Source: Eledone cirrhosa
Lineage: Eukaryota
DNA: 64,000 nt
NCBI GenBank assembly: GCA_964016885.1
Contig: OZ024751.1
Coordinates: forward strand, 10,664,001 to 10,728,000
Direction of reading: 5' to 3'
Part shown: piece by piece, positions 54,939 through 64,000 of the stretch
How positions within the stretch are numbered: the stretch's first letter is position 1
Layout: every line of letters starts with the position of its first letter
The notes under the pieces: model-generated
Database searches by the model: none
What the model was told of the DNA's origin: nothing
The model's input: the letters and a program-made list of their open reading frames with translations, nothing else
Program-made: the position numbers and the translations under genes

Positions 54939-55357
54939 TGGAAAGTTATATTTAAATTGTTGGGTTAACAACGAGTAAATATTTATAACTGATATAAAAG
55001 CACTCAACAAGTATTTGGAGTATATTTATGATATTAAATAAATGGAAACTATATTTATAAAACCATATTTATTTCGTTATATATATTTCAGGGATATCAT
55101 ATTAACAATATGTTATGCCATCTTCAGACAAAATACAATATAAACAGTCTTATAAATAAATAGATACGACATACCTTTTAATCACCTTGCATTTGTGAGG
55201 TTGATTTGGCAGTAAAAAATATTGTGGACAGTTGTAAAAAGAAAGAGATAAAGAGAGAAAGAAAGAGAAACGAAGAAAAAGAAGAAATGTATGTGACTAA
55301 ATAGAGGGATATAGAAAGATAGATAAAGAGAAGAACTTCATGTAAAGAAACAGAGAG

Positions 55358-55360
<3 letters not shown>
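54939..55360 (-). mobile_element. Family A copy
   Basis: Reverse complement aligns by eye with 107-569. Confidence 0.75.
55070..55135 (-). ncRNA. Type I hammerhead ribozyme (family A)
   Basis: tattttgt CTGAAGA tggcataacatattgttaatatgatatccct GAAA tatat ATA|acgaaata. Confidence 0.7.
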
Positions 55361-55436
<76 letters not shown>

Positions 55437-55767
55437 TATATATATACATACACACACACACATATGTATTTATATACACACACACATATATGTATTTATA
55501 TGTATGTGTGTGTGTACATATATACTTGCATATCTTTTGTAATCTATTCCCAGTATTTCTCAAACAGATGTCACAAAAGCGTCGCCATGGCGCCGGCTGT
55601 TGTACTGACGGATATTGACCTGCCCCAGTTCACCACCACAACCTTTGACCTCTCACAATAACAAGGGACATGTGCACACTTCAACTTCATACACAACTAT
55701 ACTGACACACATGCACTCATATGCACATCAAATACATTATATGTCTATGTATATATGTATATATGTG

Positions 55768-55842
<75 letters not shown>

Positions 55843-55846
55843 ATAC

Positions 55847-55895
<49 letters not shown>

Positions 55896-55904
55896 CATAT
55901 ATAC

Positions 55905-56287
<383 letters not shown>

Positions 56288-56322
56288 TCACATGAATCAA
56301 AGTTCTGTTCAAACCATTTATT

Positions 56323-56370
56323 ACCTTACAATTGTTTCATCCAAACCGAGGTTTAGAGTCTTCGGAGCTT
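56323..56370 (-). ncRNA. Hammerhead, U4C variant (homologue of 16020)
   Basis: agct CCGAAGA ctctaaacctcggtttggat GAAA caatt GTA|aggt. Confidence 0.6.
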
Positions 56371-56965
56371 ATTTCAATGTTTGTTTACATACATGACCTC
56401 CTTTCCAACACAAGAGACATACAGATACATATATATACATATTGATGCAACGTGGGGTGACATTTATTATATAATTTCTGAATGGCAATTTAAATTCAAA
56501 AATTTAAATCATATTAAAACAGAATCAAAGCAAAATTTAATATACAACATCGGCAGTTAACGTAGATAATGCAAAAGGATAGTTTGTTAGTCAGTTGTAG
56601 TAGTTATTGCATGCAATAGTTACACGTGGGGCATGCACGTGTATCTTATTTATATATGATTATTGTGCGGCAAGGTGTTATATGCAATACAAGCACTTTA
56701 AGCGGGTAATCAAGAGTATTGGTTTGGATGAAACAATTGTAAGCTAATAAATGGTTTGAACAGAACTTTGGTTCATGTGAATTCTATATAACTGCTCTGT
56801 AGAACAACTGATGTTATTACATTGAGCTATTTATCTTACTGGTAATAAGGTAGTAATAAATTACTGTCTTTCACTGTTTAGGGTTTAAAATATATATAAC
56901 TATATATAAATATATATAACTATAAAAAGTTTTAGTATATACATAACCATAAATAGTATCCTTAA

Positions 56966-57008
<43 letters not shown>

Positions 57009-57014
57009 AGCATG

Positions 57015-57049
<35 letters not shown>

Positions 57050-57071
57050 GTATATATATAATATATATATG

Positions 57072-57142
<71 letters not shown>

Positions 57143-57286
57143 TATGTATATGGCTTTCCACAAAATACATATAGTTAGCACCCCATACACTAAATTGGGA
57201 TTATACTAACGTATAACCTACTGTTTGTAGAGTGAGATGGTTACAAGTCGGTGTTTAGCTTAAAGCTTTCTCTGTTATTGTATTAA

Positions 57287-57406
<120 letters not shown>

Positions 57407-57434
57407 GTATATATATGTATATATATATATATAT

Positions 57435-58041
57435 GGTCAGGTCACCAGTTGGTGCTACTGGTAACATGTATCCCAGTACAACCTGTCTCATGGTCGGGTC
57501 GTTGGCGACTAAACTGGCAACCCCACCAAGGTTTCTTGGTGAGGAGGGTGACTTTGGACATCCTGTAGGACTAAAAACAAAACCTGTCAAAGGGCAAAGG
57601 AGCTGTTAAGAGTCAATGGCCATCCAAAATCACCGGGAGAGATGACCCCTTAGCCTTTGTCAAGGCAGAATTCTAGGAGAAGGAAAACTCTGATATAACA
57701 CCTGCAACCCTGATGGTATTCAATGATGTTGACTTGTTCTTCTTTTTGGTAAATATTATCTTGGTTAAGAGAGTGGGACTGGCTTTGTGCAGTGCCTTTG
57801 CTCATTATAAAAGCTTCACGGCACAGGCATTGCTTTATATCTGGAGATCTCTCTGCACTTGTCGTCACATGGTACCATGGGCCCAGCACTATGTGTCAAT
57901 AGTTGTCACAGGTGTAGTGTTTGTACCAGAGTTTTCAAGTCGCTGGCTGGACTAAAATGTCACACTCGTTCAGCGCATCGGTAGGGGTTCTCCTACATGG
58001 ATATAAAGTAGTGGCCGTACTCGAAAACAAGTTGGCAGCCA

Positions 58042-58044
<3 letters not shown>
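57435..58044. mobile_element. Longer copy of the 1078-1485 repeat
   Basis: The translated frames in the ORF track nearly match those of 1078-1485 on the opposite strand. Confidence 0.7.
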
Positions 58045-58101
<57 letters not shown>

Positions 58102-58112
58102 AAATATATATG

Positions 58113-58217
<105 letters not shown>

Positions 58218-58218
58218 G

Positions 58219-58339
<121 letters not shown>

Positions 58340-58348
58340 GTATATATG

Positions 58349-58445
<97 letters not shown>

Positions 58446-58454
58446 GTATATATG

Positions 58455-58517
<63 letters not shown>

Positions 58518-58547
58518 GTATATATATATATGTATATATATATATAC

Positions 58548-58579
<32 letters not shown>

Positions 58580-58774
58580 GTATATATATATAGAAGCATG
58601 TATATAGGTATGTATATGCAAAAAAAATCAATGCATATATTTTTGAATGATGCATCTATGTATGTTTGTGTGTGTGTATATATGTATGTATTTGAATATG
58701 TATATATGTATATATATATATATTTATATGTATTTATCTCTATATATATGTAAGTATGTGTTTATATGTGTGTG

Positions 58775-58807
<33 letters not shown>

Positions 58808-59111
58808 GAAAAAGTATGACCCCGACGGCAGAGCTCAAGCCATTTCGACGGCTATTTCTAGTCCAGAAATAGCCGTCGAAACAACTTGAACTCTGCTGTC
58901 GGGGTCATACTTTTTCCCATTTCCCACTCTACTACCCTAAGTATTGAGTATTCTCGTGCGTTATGGTACATCTGGTTCCTTACCACAATTCCTTTGTTAT
59001 ATATATATATATATATACATTTACATATATATATATGTATATATATATGTATGTATATATATATACATATATGTATATAGTTATATATATATATGTATAT
59101 AGATATAGATA

Positions 59112-59165
<54 letters not shown>

Positions 59166-59193
59166 GATACATATATATGTATGTAGATACATA

Positions 59194-59276
<83 letters not shown>

Positions 59277-59381
59277 ATAGATATAGATATATATGTATAT
59301 AGATATAGATATATATGTATATAGATATAGATACATATGTATATAGATATAGATATATATATGTATATATATATATATATG

Positions 59382-59475
<94 letters not shown>

Positions 59476-59876
59476 AAAAGTTATGACCCCGACAGCAGAG
59501 CTCAAGCCGTTTCCACGGCTATTTCAGGACTATATATATATAATAATAATAATAAGGGTTGAAGGACCCACCATATTTATCAATGCCAGTACCGGTTGTA
59601 TCTCAGCGCACTCCATGGGCAATGTAAGATACATTCCCAGAGTTTACACAAAGTTATTTGCTTCAACACAACACACGTAAAACGGGTGCCTATAAGGTTC
59701 CCGGACTCGAATTTCTGCCGCACTAATGCAGCAGTAAGGTGCACTGTACCATCTGTCTGCATATATTATGCAACAATGTACAATCGGCTTATGCGGCTTC
59801 ATCAGCGGGTATCGCCTAATCAATAACCAATCGATAGACAGAATCCTAAGGCCAGCCTATGCCGGCCATGACTGTT

Positions 59877-59913
<37 letters not shown>

Positions 59914-60185
59914 TTTCAAAAATATATGATCAACACTACTGTGTTTTTTTTGCAAAATGACAATTGCCATTTTACGTCTGTAAGTATAGATTTAATATTT
60001 AATATTCTCTAGATCGATACAGACGGACTATATGTACTTGAATTAAGGTATTACTATCTGGCTAAAAAATTATTGTTATTTTGCAAAAAAACACAGTAGT
60101 GTTGATCATATATTTTTTAAAATTATAATGTAATGCTCAGAAGTATTTTCTTAGAGCTTAATATTTGTAACTGACTACTAAACTG

Positions 60186-60218
<33 letters not shown>

Positions 60219-61857
60219 CAGAAGGGAAATTCAATTTGTTAGTAATTCAACAAATATTAATGTTTATAACTGATTCAGAGCACTCGACAGATTTTCTGGA
60301 GTATTCAATGATATTAAATAAATGGAAACTATATTTATAAAACCATATTTATTCTATTATATATATTTCAAGGGTGCCAAGTGTGTTTTATAAATTTTGA
60401 CATAACCAAGGAAAATACCTTAACGGTTCAAGTTATCCTTGGATAGTGAGGGGATAAGAGAAGAAAAGTCAGATATTTCAAATTGTTAAGATGAGTATGC
60501 AAATGAATATGCAAATGAGGTTGAGGTAAAGGGCTGAAAAAAATCTTAGAACAGAATTATTTTCTTCTTGCAGACACCGCCAAAATTCCACGTTCAGAAC
60601 TATTTTTAATTTATAATATTCCTATACACCTTCAAAATGATCCTATCTTCTTTAAAAATTTAAATGTAAATCTTTTAATTTTTTTAAATATTTTTAATAT
60701 TTTTAATATTTTTAATATTTCTATTTTTTTAATATCTCTAATATTTCTAATATTTTTACCTTTTCACATTATTTTTTTTCAATATATATATTTAATATTT
60801 TTAATTCTGACATTACTTTTATAATGACACCCCTCTAAATATATTTTTTTAGATGTAGATTGATAATCTTTAATTGACATTCTGAAAATTTGGTTGGGGA
60901 GGAATGGTGGGAGCGGTGGGGGCGGAGGTGTGGGTTGGGGTGTTGGTGGTGGTGGTTGCGGTGTTGCTGGTTGGTTGTGGAAGGAATGGTGGTGGTGCTA
61001 GTGGTTGTGGTGTTGGATGGGGGAAGAAGTGGTTGTGGTGGTGGTGTTGGTGGAGCTGTGGACAGTTTATTGGGTTGGGGGAGGCGGTGGTATTGATTAC
61101 TGTGGTGATGATGGTGGTCGTGTTGGTGTTGGTGTTCGTAGTGGTGTTGGTTCTGATGTAGTACGAGGTCCAGTGTTTTAAACCCCCAAACAGTCACATC
61201 AACCCCCTTATTATCGTCAGAGAGTACCCCTAGACGTTGTTTACCCTAAACATATGTGTGCTGTTACAGCTTATATATCTGTCTATATGATGGCTGCCCC
61301 CTCGTTATCGAGTATGGTCATTGCACGATATACCATTATTAATAATTATTAATTAATTCTATTGTGCAATGCCTGTGCGGGAAGATATTTTTTAAAGTGA
61401 GGAAAGACTGTGCACTGAGCCAATCCCACTCTCTGAGCGACAGTAGCTATAACCCGAAAAGAAGAAAAGATCAACATCATCGGTAACTACTGAGCCACAT
61501 GTTTTATATCAGAGTTATCCCAGTTTCCTGAGTTGCCTTCTCCTAGAGGAATGCCCTGACAAAGGCTAGAGGTCCTTCACTCCCAGTGGTTTAACCACGT
61601 GATCACATACATACACACAACAAACACACTTACACACACACAAATCATATTTACAGACATACACACATACACACACTTACATACATACAAACACGCACAG
61701 TACCTATGGGTATATATATTTGCATATCTATATTTATATCTACTTACATACATTCACATACTATATATATTTATATATATACTTACGCACATACACATAT
61801 AAACATATATCTATATACATTACACTTATATACGTAGTATATACATATATATATATG

Positions 61858-61891
<34 letters not shown>

Positions 61892-62077
61892 AATTTAATA
61901 CAATAACAGAGATAGCTTAACGCTAAACTCCGACTGGTAACCATCTCACTCAACAAACATTAGGTTATATGTTAGTATAACCCAATTTAAGTGTTTGGGG
62001 TGCTAACTATATGTATTTTGTGGAAAGCCAGTTGTATTATTTTATGAGATATAATTAAAGTTAAAATATATCTCTCT

Positions 62078-62202
62078 TTCCAAACAATTGTTTCATTATA
62101 AGTTTTCTACAAGTTGGGAGAATGTTTCCAGTTTATGTAGAAGCCTAACATTTATTCATGTAAGAATATATTCAGGTGGGCACTTATAAATCTTCAGTGG
62201 AA
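62078..62202 (-). ncRNA. Type I hammerhead with extended helix II (copy 1)
   Basis: ttcca CTGAAGA tttataagt..(about 80 nt)..acttataat GAAA caatt GTT|tggaa. Confidence 0.7.
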
Positions 62203-63068
62203 GCCCATTAAACTTTGATATAAGAAAAAATTCTTACCGCAGTTAAAAATCGTGTCTGCTAAGCTGCTCCCTCACGCATCGAATGACCGCCAAATTTGAA
62301 ATACCAGCAGTCTTTTGACTGAGGAAGTTTAATAGCGTCACGAAGCGGGAAGGGGAGACAAGCACAATACACGAGAAAAGAAAAAAATAATATACACTCG
62401 GGTTAATTAGTTTTTTCAAAAACATTATCAATCCAACGTGTTAAGAACTCAATTGAAATTAAAAAAAATAAATGTATGCGTGTATTAATTACACACGCAT
62501 ATAGATATTTTCTTAGGCTAAAAACAGAAGTGATACCAGAATAACGAACCGCATCACATCACCGCAGCAAATACGAAAGGTTACGCTTTAAATGCAATTG
62601 GGAATGTAAATCTCTGGTCAAATTAAGAGTAAAATATTTAACACACGCGGGTTAATTAGTTATTTAAAACTATTATCAATTCCACGTGTTAAGAACTCAA
62701 TTAATTAAAAAAAATAAATGTATGCATGTAATTATTTACACACGCATATATATATTTTCTTAGGCTAAAAACAGAGAAGTGACAACCAAAAAACCTCCAT
62801 ATCTCACAACAGTAACAAATACGGAAAGTCACTTTTATAAGGTAGTTGGAAATAAATACCTCTGGCCAAATCAAGAGTAACATATTTAATACAATAACAG
62901 AGATAGCTTAACGCTAAACTCCGACTGGTAACCATCTCACTCAACAAACATTACGTTATATGTTAGTATAACCCAATTTAAGTGTTTGGGGTGCTAACTA
63001 TATGTATTTTGTGGAAAGCCAGTTGTATTATTTTATGAGATATAATTAAAGTTAAAATATATCTCTCT

Positions 63069-63193
63069 TTCCAAACAATTGTTTCATTATAAGTTTTCTA
63101 CAAGCTGGGAGAATGTTTCCAGTTTATGTAGAAACCTAACATATATTCATGTAAGAATATATTTAGGTGGGCACTTATAAATCTTCAGTGGAA
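63069..63193 (-). ncRNA. Type I hammerhead with extended helix II (copy 2)
   Basis: Near-identical to 62078-62202, offset 991 nt. Confidence 0.7.
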
Positions 63194-63945
63194 GCCCATT
63201 AAACTTTGATATAAGAAAAAATTCTTACCGCAGTTAAAAATCGTGTCTGCTAAGCTGCTCCCTCACGCATCGGATGCTTAGTAAAATCGAATCTTTGGCG
63301 GTGTGCAAGCAAATTCGACCTACTATATGAATGAGTTAGCAAAGCACTCGATAAGGTAGGTCCTTAGATTAATAACATACGTTTAAATAGCTTGACAAAT
63401 TGAACATTGTGGTAGGCAAAATCTAACACACAATACCAAAGTAACGAAAGAACTAACAGGTTGAGAAAAAATAGACCTGGACAAAGCAAATGTTATACGT
63501 TTAAAGTGTTTCTATGAATCCGAAATCAAATATCAGACTTACGTAACTGGCAAGCTCGTGGTATTCATGATCGAACAGAGGATTCAATTCATCAACAGGT
63601 TTTCGTTCTACCAAAGAACGGGGCGAGATGCTAAATGTTGCTGCTCGCAGCAGCGAATCGTATATTTAGTTGTCACGTGTTATTTCCAGAAAGGGAAATA
63701 ACCCCCGGTTTTTGGCGGGTCATTCAAAATGTTAGACAAAGGAAATATAATTTCCGCTAACTTTCAGAATAAGTTCTCGACCAGATGTTATTAAACAAAC
63801 ACAAATAATTAACCAATCAACAGAATTGTCTAATTAAATTAATTAGTTAATTATTATTATGTATATATATATATATATGTATATATACATAAACACATAC
63901 ACATATACTGTATATACACATACACATATATATATATGTATATGT

Positions 63946-63995
<50 letters not shown>

Positions 63996-64000
63996 GTATA

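Larger units (their letters stand above)
61892..63275 (-). mobile_element. Retrozyme/pLTR-like non-coding element with about 390-bp direct repeats
   Basis: 61892-62285 approximately equals 62883-63275, each with an HHR. Diverged internal ~250-bp duplication (62395-62645 and 62645-62890). Inverted terminal fragment at 57150-57288. Confidence 0.75.

Noticed and set aside
59785-59810. CTGATGA on the - strand (a similar case lies near 6390)
   Set aside because: No GAAA or NUH half and no helix I, so not a hammerhead.

Overview
Eukaryotic, very AT-rich, repeat-dominated DNA in which I could not support any host protein-coding gene. The SINE types and the abundance of (TA)n suggest a coleoid cephalopod, probably Octopus (inference). 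Most ORFs in the track are artefacts of (TA)n, (CA)n, (GA)n and triplet microsatellites. All real coding sequence comes from mobile elements: a 5'-truncated but uninterrupted CR1/Jockey-group LINE (2270-5137, -), a 5'-truncated R4/Dong RLE retrotransposon in (TAA)n (19822-22124, -), an apparently full-length, decayed Tx1-type L1 element in (TGTC)n (36332-41901, +), Penelope-like element (PLE) fragments (a GIY-YIG endonuclease and a probable RT N-terminus), and a decayed hAT transposase end. There are also tRNA-derived SINEs, non-autonomous Helitron/Helentron-like elements, mariner-like ends and minisatellites. The main signal not shown by the ORF track is about 20 type I hammerhead ribozyme (HHR) motifs, read by eye as helix I-CUGANGA-helix II-GAAA-helix III-NUH-helix I. 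They belong to roughly ten different short non-coding families that sit inside (TA)n tracts as fold-back (inverted) or tandem repeats, the architecture of PLE pseudo-LTRs and retrozymes. Some have core variants (U4C, U4A, U10.1-U11.1) or a helix II extended to about 95 nt, and one tandem pair is spaced 991 nt apart. No folding or database search was run, and coordinates are hand-read (a few nt of error is possible).
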